Shown here one piece after another: positions 39,947 to 50,352 of a stretch of 64,000 nucleotides of DNA (position 1 is its first letter; every line of letters begins with the position of its first letter). The notes under the pieces are model-generated. The model did no database searches. It was given only the letters and a program-made list of their open reading frames with translations, and was not told the DNA's origin. The DNA comes from Methanobacteriota archaeon. Lineage in GTDB: Archaea > Halobacteriota > Bog-38 > Methanoflorentales > Methanoflorentaceae. The stretch spans positions 576,001-640,000 of the forward strand of contig OY970393.1 in the NCBI GenBank assembly GCA_963720465.1, in the 5' to 3' direction. Position numbers and translations under genes: made by a program.

Positions 39947-40156
39947 GGCTCCCTCGGAACCTGACTCACTTCAAGCGGCTCAGTAAGCCTGCGTCGTCCT
40001 CTGTTCTTTGACGCAAACGTAGCTCGCCCTCTATAGAATAACTGCCCCGTTATCACGTAAAAACTTAAGTATAATCGTGTTGAGGGGTTTGTAGCGCCGT
40101 TGCGCAAGCCAGATGCATAGGGAGCCCTGCGTGGCCCGTGCTTGGAGGCTGCCGTT

Positions 40157-41749
40157 TTGAAAAAGATTCCAACGAGCGAAATACTGCGAATCAAAGAAAA
40201 AAGCTTCGAAGAGGCGTGGAAATACGGCGGTGAACTGCTTGATGATGGGAGCACCTACGACCTACGTCGGATAGAGCAAGCCCCCTCGCGGGGCGCGCCG
40301 CACGCGCTGAACGATCTCATCGAGAAAATGCGGCAACGACTGCTGGAGTTGGGGTTCGACGAGGTAATCAACGAGACGATATTTCCCGAAGCGGACATAA
40401 TGAAGCAGTGGGGGCCGACCGGTTTTGCCATACTCGACAGATGCTACTATCTCGCTGCTCTGCCTAGGCCCGACGTCGGTTTGAGTTCGCAGAAGCAGGA
40501 GATGATCAAAAGCTTCGGTATCCACCTACCCCCCAAGAAAGTCGCCGCGCTCCAGTTGACGCTTCACAAACTCAAAACCGGCGAGCTGGAGAGCGATGAG
40601 CTGATTAGAGAGATCGCAAAAGTACTGGATGTCCCCGACGACCGTGCCATACAGGTCTTCGAAGAGGTATTTTTCGAATTCAAGGATTTAAAACCACTGG
40701 CCTCCAACCTGACGCTGCGATCGCACATGACTGCCGCCTGGTTCGATACACTAGCGACCGTCCAGAAATACACCGCCGTACCAATAACGCTTTTCTCCAT
40801 TGGTCCTCGCTACCGAAGAGAGCAGCGTGAGGATGCAACGCACCTTCGAGTGCACGATTCGGCTTCGTGCGTCGTAATGGATGAGGACGTGTCTATTGAT
40901 GTAGGCAAATGGCTAGTCGAGGAGTTCTTGCGGCCGTTCGGATTTGACGATTTTCAATTCAGACGAGTTGCCACCGGCACAGACACCTATTACGCGCCAG
41001 GAAAGCACTACGAGGCTTTTGCATATTCTCCCGACTTTAATGATGCACAGAGCAATGATGCAGGATGGCTCGAAGTAGCCGATTTCGGGTTATACAGCCC
41101 CCTCACACTGGCTAACTATGGCATCGAATATCCGGTAGTGAACTGTGGCATTGGAGTAGAGAGAATCGCAATGATCGCGCACGCGTTTAAGGACATTAGA
41201 ACACTGGTGTACCCACAGTTTTATGGAGAATTCATTTTGACGGACGATGAGCTGGCCAGCCTCATCGCCCTGAAACACATCCCCACAACGCTGCAGGGAG
41301 AAGCGATACAACAAGCAATTGTCAACGTTTGCAAAACGCACGGCGCAGATGCAAGCCCAGTTGAATTCGTAGCGTGGGAAGGCGAGCTCCTCGACAACTT
41401 CGTCAGAATCACCGTGATTGAGCCTGAAGAGAACACGAAGCTTTGCGGACCTGCCTTTCTGAATGAGGTTTTTGTCAAAGATGGAAACGTTATAGGGGCT
41501 GTAAAGCTCGAAGGCCTTTCGACAGGGATAACGTACATAAAAGCATTCGCAGCCGAAGCTGCGTACGAGATCGAAAAAGCCTTGCAACAGGGGAAGACGA
41601 AACTCGAGGTGCGAGTGCGGATCTCTCGCTCACCAAACGACTTAAACCTACGAATAGATCCAATTGCAACACGATACATAACGAGCCGGAACAAGAAGAT
41701 CGACCTTCGGGGCCCAGTATTCACGACTGTCCGCATGCAAGCCGTTTAA
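40157..41749 (+). CDS. sepS: O-phosphoseryl-tRNA(Cys) synthetase
   Basis: AILDRCYYLA.LPRPDVG, TLRSHMT..WF, RREQREDATHL, GLYSP, GVERIAM, ENTKLCGPA, IDLRGPVF. Confidence 0.95.
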   Translation: MKKIPTSEILRIKEKSFEEAWKYGGELLDDGSTYDLRRIEQAPSRGAPHALNDLIEKMRQRLLELGFDEVINETIFPEADIMKQWGPTGFAILDRCYYLAALPRPDVGLSSQKQEMIKSFGIHLPPKKVAALQLTLHKLKTGELESDELIREIAKVLDVPDDRAIQVFEEVFFEFKDLKPLASNLTLRSHMTAAWFDTLATVQKYTAVPITLFSIGPRYRREQREDATHLRVHDSASCVVMDEDVSIDVGKWLVEEFLRPFGFDDFQFRRVATGTDTYYAPGKHYEAFAYSPDFNDAQSNDAGWLEVADFGLYSPLTLANYGIEYPVVNCGIGVERIAMIAHAFKDIRTLVYPQFYGEFILTDDELASLIALKHIPTTLQGEAIQQAIVNVCKTHGADASPVEFVAWEGELLDNFVRITVIEPEENTKLCGPAFLNEVFVKDGNVIGAVKLEGLSTGITYIKAFAAEAAYEIEKALQQGKTKLEVRVRISRSPNDLNLRIDPIATRYITSRNKKIDLRGPVFTTVRMQAV

Positions 41750-41997
41750 ATCGACAAGGAAACCTATCCGCGGAATAACACCAAGAAACGAAGGAGATCG
41801 TGAACTGTCGATTCGGCGGGCGAAACGCAACGTTTCGACAGATTATCTGCGGCGCACGCGCCACGCCTTCTTGCTGACTTTGCCCAGCGTGCAAATTCTG
41901 TATCAGCGGTCTGAAGCTATCTTCTTTGCGCCCAAGCCCAGAGTCGGCGAAGGCTCATACGGCTTCGCAATTACGGGGGCGCTCAGAGCAAATAGTT

Positions 41998-42036
41998 TCT
42001 TATAACATCAACTCATTATTGATAGGCATATCAATA
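41998..42036 (+). promoter_or_regulatory. TATA box plus 20-bp palindromic operator (putative RbkR site)
   Basis: TTATAA at 42000-42005; TATTGATA-GGCA-TATCAATA at 42017-42036, 18 nt before ATG 42055. Confidence 0.7.
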
Positions 42037-42054
42037 TTGGTTACTCAAGATTCA

Positions 42055-42699
42055 ATGAAAGATCCGCTTCTAGAGCTCGCGCTTATTAACGCGGCGCAAC
42101 AACCTATCCAAGTATCAGCTGTTGAATTTGCTAAGAGGCTCAGAACCAGTCCGATGACGGCCTCGCGAAGACTGAAAGAACTCGAGGACGCAGGGTTGAT
42201 TGCACGAACGCTTTCAGGCAGATCACAAGCTATTACCATTACGGAGAAGGGATCCGGCGTACTAAAAGAGCAGTATTTGGCTTATAAGTCCATTTTCGAA
42301 TCAAAACCGGTGATCGAATTGAGCGGCACCATAGTATCAGGCTTGGGCGAGGGCCGGTACTACCTCTCGATCCGCGGCTACACAAAGCAGTTTGAAGAGC
42401 GTCTAGGGTTCATGCCTTATGCCGGCACGCTGAACGTAAAATTGGACGAAGAAAGCGCCGCAACTCGCGTGCGGCTGGACAACCTATCCCCCATCTATAT
42501 CTCAAGCTTCAAGACAAGTAACCGTACCTATGGCGGTATCAGGTGTTATAGGGCTTCGATTGGAGGCATCGACGGAGCCGTAATTGTGCCCGATCGCTCC
42601 CATTATAAGAACGACGTGATCGAAACCGTTGCTCGAGTTTCAATCAAACAGACTCTCAACACGGATAATGGCGATTTTATAGAGGTCGCGATAGTATGA
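42055..42699 (+). CDS. rbkR: CTP-dependent riboflavin kinase with N-terminal winged HTH (RbkR)
   Basis: TASRRLKELEDAGLI (HTH), SGLGEGRYY, PYAGTLN, VPDRSHY. Confidence 0.92.
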   Translation: MKDPLLELALINAAQQPIQVSAVEFAKRLRTSPMTASRRLKELEDAGLIARTLSGRSQAITITEKGSGVLKEQYLAYKSIFESKPVIELSGTIVSGLGEGRYYLSIRGYTKQFEERLGFMPYAGTLNVKLDEESAATRVRLDNLSPIYISSFKTSNRTYGGIRCYRASIGGIDGAVIVPDRSHYKNDVIETVARVSIKQTLNTDNGDFIEVAIV

Positions 42700-43391
42700 G
42701 CGTAGCAGAAGCTATTAAGGCAGTTCGAAAAGGAGAAATGGTACTTATTTACGATTCAGAAGAGAGAGAAGGCGAGACGGACATGGTAGTGCCCGCCGTC
42801 TCGACGACGCCTAAACAGGTGGCGCGAATGCGCGTAGAGGCTGGAGGGCTGATCTGCGTTGCCATTTCTCCACAAGCTGCTGAAAGCCTGTGTCTGCCCT
42901 TCATGTCAGATATTTTAAAATTCGTTAGCTCAAATGGATGCAGCTTGAAGCTTGACTCGGTTTGCGAGAAGCCCGGTGATCTGGCTTATGATACGCGCTC
43001 CTCCTTTTCAATCGCTGTCAATCACAGGGGTGTTGGAACCGGGATAACTGACATAGATCGCGCACTTACGATTACCGAGCTTGGCTTCACTGTAGAGAAG
43101 GTGGCGCTTCATCTTCCAGTTGACTTCGGTGCAACTTTTCGGTCTCCTGGACACGTCCCGCTGCTTCGAGCAGCCCAGGGGTTGATTTCGGAACGAAGAG
43201 GACAAACAGAACTCTCAATAGCCTTAGCTGAGATGGCAGGCATTACCCCAGCTATGGCTATGTGCGAAATGCTCGATGCACAAAGCGGGAGAGCTCGTAC
43301 CAAGCGAGACTCGATCGACTACGCAACACGACACGAGCTTACGTTCGTGACTGGGCAGGCAATTGTCGACGTGTACGAGCGTTCGAACTAG
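42696..43391 (+). CDS. ribB: 3,4-dihydroxy-2-butanone 4-phosphate synthase
   Basis: REGETD, GGLIC, TGITDIDR, FRSPGHV, RRGQTE, CEMLD. Confidence 0.96.
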   Translation: MSVAEAIKAVRKGEMVLIYDSEEREGETDMVVPAVSTTPKQVARMRVEAGGLICVAISPQAAESLCLPFMSDILKFVSSNGCSLKLDSVCEKPGDLAYDTRSSFSIAVNHRGVGTGITDIDRALTITELGFTVEKVALHLPVDFGATFRSPGHVPLLRAAQGLISERRGQTELSIALAEMAGITPAMAMCEMLDAQSGRARTKRDSIDYATRHELTFVTGQAIVDVYERSN

Positions 43392-43637
43392 CCGCCTATT
43401 TGTGTAAGCGACTTGCAGAAACGAACTTCGCGCTATCCCAGCGCACCTCGAATCTTGCTCATTTTAACACGCTTTCGATGAGGCCGATTTGAGTTACTTC
43501 GTCAACGAGCATCTTGTGTCCACTGCTAACGAATTGGCTTAGCGACGGTTTTGTTTCCTCCTAGTGAAAAACGCACACCACAGCGCGTCGGCGAACGATA
43601 AGTACTCTCATCCGGTTCTTAAAGCGCGCGTGCAGTC

Positions 43638-44975
43638 TTACAAGGTGCTAAACACATAAGGACCGACCAGCAAGATCAAAAAAGAGGCAAGTATCACGAC
43701 TCCAAGCGTCGTCACAAGTGCGCTGGTGACCCGTTCTTGATCCTTGGGATTTCGCATGATTTTTTCGGTGACCGACTTGAAGAGCTCCCTGAATATGTGT
43801 CCGCCATCCAAGGGGACTGCAGGAAGGCAGTTGAAGAGCCCGACGTAGAAATTTAGCCACCCCACCCAGAGGAGCGTGTTTGCTATCCAAAAAAAGCCGT
43901 CCCCAAGCGGGGCAGCCCACCCGATAGGCTGGTAGAGGTGCGCTATATTGCCTGTAAAGCCGCCAAAAAAGAGCAAAGGCAGCCCTATAAGGACACCCCA
44001 CCCTTGAAAAGTGTTGAGGTTACTTGGGACCTGCCTGAGAAGAGTGAGGAGTTCTGAGGCAGACCCCCCTTGGATACCCAGAAACCCCTTGTCGGAGTTG
44101 GGATTCTTGTCTAAAACGATGCCGAAGCTCTTGGAGGTCCCCTGATTAATCACTTTCACTGTAACGATCTGCCCCGGATGGGTCGTGTTAATGAATGCTT
44201 GAAAGTCGTTAGCGTCAGAGATCGTAATGCCATCAATCTGAGAGATCGTCATTCCCGGTTGGATGCCCGCTCGTTCTGCCGGTGATCCAGACACAACCGC
44301 TACCACTCCAAGGCCGCCTGTTGCCGTAACAGATGACAGCACCGGGCCAAAAAATAGCGTGAGTGCGATGAGTGCTACCGCAAAGTTTCCTATTATGCCT
44401 GCGCTAAAAACCCTGAGCCGTTCTGGACGCGTAGCAATTTTTTGGCCTTGTTTGGCGTCTATCCCAAGCAGTTGCGATTCGTCAGGCTCTGCGAAAGCTC
44501 CGATCGGTATTAGCGCAATCAGCAGGCCGAGTGATTTCACTTTGATGTCGGCCACTCTGCTCAAGATTGCGTGCGAGAGCTCGTGAACCACGAGTGTGAC
44601 TATCAAGCCGATGAGTCCCCACGTTAACGGAATGAATTGATTTATTCCGGGAAGAAGCAATACGTTTTGTGGAGCGTTATAAGCGGTGGGCGCGGGCTGC
44701 GTGACTAAGATCCTGACGTCACCAACAATGAGGATGGCCAACATGAAGAACATGGCAATCACGGTCAAGGGAATGCCGATGTTGGCAAAAAACCTCCAGA
44801 ACCGTTTTGGGCGCGCTAACTTGTCAAGCAAACGCAAGCCGCGCGTTGTCCGGAGCATCAGAATAGGACCGTATGCGCTAATGCCGTTTCGCGCTAGAAT
44901 ACCTCGGCTGTTCAAGAATATCACGAGAAGCCAATAAGCTGCGAAAATAGCTAATGCAAGAGTATAATAATCCAA
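43638..44975 (-). CDS. Site-2 (M50) membrane metalloprotease with PDZ domain
   Basis: HELSH, GAFAEPD, GSPAERAG, FNCLPAVPLDGG. Confidence 0.93.
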   Translation of the reverse strand: MDYYTLALAIFAAYWLLVIFLNSRGILARNGISAYGPILMLRTTRGLRLLDKLARPKRFWRFFANIGIPLTVIAMFFMLAILIVGDVRILVTQPAPTAYNAPQNVLLLPGINQFIPLTWGLIGLIVTLVVHELSHAILSRVADIKVKSLGLLIALIPIGAFAEPDESQLLGIDAKQGQKIATRPERLRVFSAGIIGNFAVALIALTLFFGPVLSSVTATGGLGVVAVVSGSPAERAGIQPGMTISQIDGITISDANDFQAFINTTHPGQIVTVKVINQGTSKSFGIVLDKNPNSDKGFLGIQGGSASELLTLLRQVPSNLNTFQGWGVLIGLPLLFFGGFTGNIAHLYQPIGWAAPLGDGFFWIANTLLWVGWLNFYVGLFNCLPAVPLDGGHIFRELFKSVTEKIMRNPKDQERVTSALVTTLGVVILASFLILLVGPYVFSTL

Positions 44976-44999
44976 GCGGCTTTCACCTTGACTGGTCTC

Positions 45000-45311
45000 A
45001 TGATGTTCTCTGACATATACGTAACTGCAGCAACTCTAAAGGAGGCAAAGGGCATCGCCCGCGCCATAGTCGAAGAAAAGCTAGGGGCTTGCGTGAACAT
45101 TTCCCCGATCAAGTCATTGTATAGATGGGAGGGTAACATCGAAGAAGACGAGGAGTATGCATTGTCGATTAAGACTAAGTCTTCACTAGTAGACAAGGTT
45201 GCTATTAGGGTACGACAGTTGCACAGCTACGAGAACCCGTGCATCATCTCTTTCGCGATAGAATCGGGATCACCAGCGTATCTCGACTGGATTTACGAAG
45301 AAACATTGTGA
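45000..45311 (+). CDS. cutA: Divalent cation tolerance protein CutA
   Basis: LGACVNI, SLYRWEG, LHSYENPCI. Confidence 0.93.
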   Translation: MMFSDIYVTAATLKEAKGIARAIVEEKLGACVNISPIKSLYRWEGNIEEDEEYALSIKTKSSLVDKVAIRVRQLHSYENPCIISFAIESGSPAYLDWIYEETL

Positions 45312-45478
45312 TCTGCAATTCGAGCGTCGCGCTCCAAAAGCAGGACTGGCTGACGGACTCGATAACGCTCCGCGTAGGTAGATACTTTGATCGACCATCG
45401 AGTACGGTAAAAGGTTCCGGCGAATGATGCGGCGAGCGCAATTGACTTAAAGAAACAGTTCTGCTTCCTGCATAAGAG

Positions 45479-46979
45479 ATGGAAGGAGCACACATTCACT
45501 GGGCGGACGTCGTTGCACACGCCGTTGAAGGACAGCAAGTCATAGCCACTGGAATAACCCCTTCTGGCAACATTCACGTCGGTAATATGCGCGAGGTGGT
45601 GACCGGTGACGCTATTTTCCGAGCTATTAGGGATGCCGAAAAAGCCGCTCGCCTTATATACATCGCTGATACGTACGACCCCCTTCGTACGGTCTACCCT
45701 TTCTTGCCCGCTGCGTACAAAAAAGTACGTCGGCATGCCGTTGTCAGAAATACCTGATCCTTTTGGCTGTTGTTCGAGCTACGCTGAGCACTATCTCAGG
45801 CCTTTCTCAGAATCGCTAGGTGAATTAGACATCGCTCTTGAAGTCTACCGAGCAGACAGGATGTACAAGGACGGACTCTATACAGAGGCGACGAAAATCG
45901 CGCTCGAACAGCACAATCTGATCGCCGACATAATTGAGCGCATTTCAAAGAGAAAACTACCGGCGGGGTGGAGTCCGTATAACCCGCTTTGCGAGCGCTG
46001 CCGGCGAATCAGCGCGGCACAAATCATTGAGCACGTTCCTGCGCGCACCGCTGTGCGGTATCGATGCGACTGCGGCGCCGAAGGAGTTGCTGATTACTCG
46101 AAGGGACAAGGCAAACTTGCATGGCGCGTCGACTGGCCAGCACGCTGGAAAATTCTAGGCGTGACTATTGAGCCCTTTGGCAAAGACCACGCCGTCGCAG
46201 GGGGCTCCTACGATACCGGCCAGCGTATCTCAAGAGCCGTGTACGGGTATGCCCCTCCTGTTCCAGTTCCTTATGGTCACATCCACCTCAAAGGACGTGG
46301 CAAGATGTCGAGCTCCAAAGGCGTGACCATCACCATTCAGGAGATGCTAGAGAGCGCGCCTGCCGATGTTTTGCGATATATGATTATAAAGACCAAGCCA
46401 GAGAAGCTCATCGATTTCGATCCGGGTCTAGGGCTATTGACGTTGGTTGATGAGTTTGACCGCGGCGAAGGTCGCGCTTTTGAGCTATCGCGAATCACTG
46501 AGGGGGAATGCAACGTGCCGTTCAGGCACATGGTGACGGCGGTTCAAATCGCGCACAACTGCGACGAGCTGGTAGAAGTTCTTAGTCGAAGCGGTTACGA
46601 AACTACCGATATGACTGCCCTAAGAAAAAGAGCGCGGAACGTAAGAAACTGGCTCGATCGTTTTGCGCCGCCGTTTGTGAAGTTTGAAGTTCAGCGCATA
46701 CTTCCAGTTCAAGTTAAAACGCTCACACATGGACAAAGAAAAGCATTAGAGAAGCTAGCGAAGGCACTTGAGACGGACAATAGCGATCCTGAATGGTTGC
46801 ACAATGAAGTCTACAACATTAGTGAACAAGTGGGGATTCACTCGAAAGAAGCGTTTAAAGCGATCTACATTTCGCTCCTGGCGAAAACGTCGGGGCCTCG
46901 GGCAGGGTGGTTTTTAGCTACACTCGATCCAGAATTCTTAATCGCCCGATTCAGAGAAGCAGCAGGCGATGTGAGTTAA
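45479..46979 (+). CDS. lysS: Class I lysyl-tRNA synthetase with one +1 frameshift (probable sequencing error)
   Basis: [23 protein letters not shown] in the first frame; YVGMPL...[23 protein letters not shown] in the next. Junction is an A6 run at 45719-45724. Confidence 0.93.
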
Positions 46980-46994
46980 CACGTTCAGACACGC

Positions 46995-48168
46995 CTAAAT
47001 CGCATCAAGCGCCTGTTCTAGGTCCGCCTTGATGTCCGCAACATCTTCAAGCCCAACAGACACGCGCAAGAAGTCATCCGTGATCCCGAGCATTTCTCTG
47101 TCTTCCTTGGGAATAACCGCATGAGTCATAAGTCCCGGATGCTCGATCAGAGTCGCTGTGTCGCCGAGACTCACCGCGACCGTACACAGTTTAAGGGTGT
47201 TCAAAAAAGTCACCGCTGAATCGACTCCTCCGCGAATCTTGAAAGCTAGCATTCCTCCAAAACCTGCCATTTGCTTCTTGAGATTGGGATTGCTCTCGAG
47301 GCATTGGTCAAATCCAGGGTAAAGAACCTGCTTAACCGCCTTATGCGCTTTCAAGAAAGCGGCGAGCTCAGTCGCGTTCTGAGAGTGCCGCTCCATCCTT
47401 AGTGCCAACGTGCGAAGTCCGCGCAGGATAAGAAAGGCGTTGAAGGGACTAAGTACGGCGCCCATATCGCGCAAGACCCCCTTTCTGATTGTGACTGCCT
47501 CTTCATAAGATGAGACAACTATCCCTCCTAATGCGTCGCCGTGCCCATTCAAGTATTTCGTCGCGCTATGCACGACAATATCGGCCCCCAGTTCGAGAGG
47601 TTTTTGATAATAAGGAGTTAGGAAGGTGTTGTCAACGATCGTTTTGACTCTATGTTCCGATGCGATTGCCGCGACCTTGCGAATGTCCACTAACTTCAGC
47701 GTTGGGTTAGCCGGGGTTTCAAAAAAAACAAGCTTCGTGTTGTCTTTTACGGCTTCGGCTACATTTTCAGGATTAGAGGTATCGACAAAGCTTACCTCGA
47801 AGCCGAGGCGCGGGGCGCCTTTTTTTAAGAGTTCATAGGTACTACCGTAGAGCACTGGATCAGCGATAAGATGGTCGCCACATTTGAGCAGGGTTAGCAT
47901 TATTGCCGAAACGGCCCCCATCCCACTGGCGAAACTGACCGCGGCATCGCCCCCCTCAAGGGCCGCCATCTTTAGTTCTAGCGTAGTAAGCGTGGGATTT
48001 GAAAGCCGGGAGTAGACGTCCTTTTCCGCGTTTTATTCCCGATGGAAGGATCTCGTCTATCGCGAAGCTCGACGTTTGGTAAATCGGCGGTGCTAGTGCC
48101 GAAGTGTCGGGAGATGGACGTTCTCCAGCATGCACTAACTTCGTATTGATACCGTACTCATAGTCCAC
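46995..48168 (-). CDS. PLP-dependent trans-sulfuration enzyme (methionine gamma-lyase/cystathionine gamma-synthase family) with one +1 frameshift
   Basis: TKLVHAG, PPIYQTSSF in one frame; YSRLSNPT, FASGMGA, ETPANP, DNTF, HSATKYLNGHGD, RVSVGLED in the next. Junction near 48020-48035. Confidence 0.9.
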
Positions 48169-48177
48169 AGGATACCC

Positions 48178-49038
48178 TCATATCAAAGGCCTTGGTTGCT
48201 TATCTTCTGGCAGGACCGGCAGTTTCATCGTGTTGATGAGAATCGGAGTCGTGACTTCCTTGGCTCTCTCGAGGAGAAGCTCCTTTCCCTTTTGCGACAA
48301 GGCGAACAGGGGCACCCCAGTACCAACTTGTGCGAGCGCCTTGTTGCCGACAGTTTCTCTGATCACGCGCGACGCACAGCCCGTAGTTATGTCCACCGCG
48401 TCAATGAAATCGCTCGCGACGTCCTGTTCCATTCCCGTTACGTGCACGCCGATGACAACTACGGTGGCGCCCGTTTCGCGCTCGATATGGCGACATTGCT
48501 GAGCGTCGGAGAGCGTCGCAACGGTGACCGCTACGCGTTCGAAACCAATTTCTATAGCGCGCGCAACGCCCAAAGGCTGATTAATAATGGCGTTTTTTCC
48601 GTCAAGCAGAATTCCTCCTTTTTCCTCGACTCGATTCTTCAGCTTCGGAATGAGAGTCGTTTCTATGACGCCGGAAATCCGCGCCCCAATGCCTTGCGTG
48701 AGAGCAGGATTGGATGTGATAACGGTGCCAACACCCTCACAAACCGAGACACTAGCGTCAATCAAACCCCGCCGGAGCCCAGTCATCATTACCTCAGACG
48801 CACCAAAGCCAACGAAGACTTCCATCTCGATAGCCCGCTCGCCTGTGCACATACCAAAATCGCGGATACGGAACTCGATATTCTGCTTTATTATCTCTTG
48901 ATTAATCTCTTCAATGCCGCGCGCCTTTGCAAAAATTGGACAGCGTTCGATTAACGGTTCTCCGACCTCGACCACGCGTCCGTCTTCGACCACGACGTAA
49001 GCTTTTCCCATAGCTTCCATAACGTGTCTGTCTTTCAT
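48178..49038 (-). CDS. Methanogenesis marker 8 protein (DUF2099)
   Basis: HVMEAMGK, NIEFRIRDFGM, FGASE, VCEGVGT, QGIGARISG, GVHVTG, C-terminal KQPRPL. Confidence 0.9.
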   Translation of the reverse strand: MKDRHVMEAMGKAYVVVEDGRVVEVGEPLIERCPIFAKARGIEEINQEIIKQNIEFRIRDFGMCTGERAIEMEVFVGFGASEVMMTGLRRGLIDASVSVCEGVGTVITSNPALTQGIGARISGVIETTLIPKLKNRVEEKGGILLDGKNAIINQPLGVARAIEIGFERVAVTVATLSDAQQCRHIERETGATVVVIGVHVTGMEQDVASDFIDAVDITTGCASRVIRETVGNKALAQVGTGVPLFALSQKGKELLLERAKEVTTPILINTMKLPVLPEDKQPRPLI

Positions 49039-49114
49039 TGCCTAACTCTTGCGAACCAAGATTGATAGACTTAACGATGACGTCGGCGGAGGCCTACATA
49101 GAACGTCGGGAGCT

Positions 49115-49912
49115 TTATCCCCTTTTGTTTGGGCCAGTAGCTACGTTCACATAGCTGGCAATCAGGGGAACGTCAGCGTTATTGTCTTCAAGGTGTGCCC
49201 ATTTTTCGACGTGGATAGGATGGTCGGAGGTCACAAGGATCAACGTAGGCCGGCACAAGCCGCGACAGATCCGCTCGAAATTCTCATCAATCGTTCTGGC
49301 CGAAAAGGTGAAATCATCCCACGCTTTCGCGTAATGGTGTGCGCAATTATCTATTGCCCGTAGATGTATCATAAGTAACCTTATTCCTTCCAAACTGAAC
49401 GCCTTAAGTGCCAAATCGGTTATCCTTCGGTCGTAGTCAATAATACCGTGAAGGTTTTCGACACCAATGGCGAGATCGACTCGATTCAACATCGCCTTAG
49501 CCCCGAGCAGTTCTATCACTATTCCAGACTTGATTCCGTTATCGCTTGCAATCTCAAGAATCGATCTCACTGGTGTATAGAAGGTGTCAGCTACTTCATA
49601 CAGACGATGATGCTCCGGAGCATAACCCGTCAAGATAGTGCCGATATTTGGAGTCGTTATCCTAGGAGGCAACGAATCGATCTCAAAAAAGAGACCATCG
49701 TCCGAGAGAGCCTGTAACTGCGCCAGAGCGCCGTCCAATTTCTCATATAATGCAGCCCCGACACCATCTACTACTATGAGCAGTATTTGATCAATGCTCT
49801 TGTCCGCGCAGTACGCTCCGATCTCTTTGATCTCGCGCCCGTCTTTGTCGGGGATCTCGAATCCTAACAGCGAGCTTATGGTCGGGGCGATGTCCAACTG
49901 CGTATACTTCAT
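49115..49912 (-). CDS. Alkaline phosphatase superfamily metalloenzyme
   Basis: VVDGVG, PRITTPN...LTG..P..H, IDNCAH, TSDH, VPL; DIAPT motif at the N-terminus. Confidence 0.8.
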   Translation of the reverse strand: MKYTQLDIAPTISSLLGFEIPDKDGREIKEIGAYCADKSIDQILLIVVDGVGAALYEKLDGALAQLQALSDDGLFFEIDSLPPRITTPNIGTILTGYAPEHHRLYEVADTFYTPVRSILEIASDNGIKSGIVIELLGAKAMLNRVDLAIGVENLHGIIDYDRRITDLALKAFSLEGIRLLMIHLRAIDNCAHHYAKAWDDFTFSARTIDENFERICRGLCRPTLILVTSDHPIHVEKWAHLEDNNADVPLIASYVNVATGPNKRG

Positions 49913-50352
49913 TTTTCTACTTCATCCGGCGGCGTAATCTTGGACGATATTAAACTATCGGACTCGTTACTCGGAAGCCGCCAAATGCCTTGGCGCTATT
50001 CTCAGGCGAGACTCTGCTGAGCTGCTCGCCGAATGGTTCCTGCATACGGCGGTGCGCTTTTCCGAGAAGAACATCTTTCGAATAACTGACGAACAATCAT
50101 CGCGACTTTCGCTTCCTACCGACAGGTTCCTTAGCGGTATACCAGATCATCTCTATGGCGCTTTGATTCGGGGATTTTCAACGTTCTCGATCGACGCTTA
50201 CGTTGCTGTCGACTCGAAGTACGCCAGTAAGTCCATCTCGTTGAGCGTGATACAGTCCCACAAAGAAACGAAGCGCTCGCTTCGACCGCAGCGCAGGGGC
50301 GCGTTTCGCTTTCCGGGGGGCGTTTTTCGCGTATCAACGACTTTTTCCGAGA

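Noticed and set aside
45715-45726. Programmed -1 frameshift at AAAAAAG in lysS
   Set aside because: The required shift is +1, and the same one-base excess recurs in unrelated genes; an assembly error is more parsimonious.
48196-48954. 252-aa plus-strand ORF
   Set aside because: Antisense shadow of the marker 8 gene.
49913-50352. 440-nt gap with a small hairpin (CGAAGCG-CT-CGCTTCG) and GC-rich imperfect repeats, as a possible ncRNA or MITE
   Set aside because: No SRP, RNase P or tRNA signature, no terminal inverted repeats, and no second copy noticed in the window.
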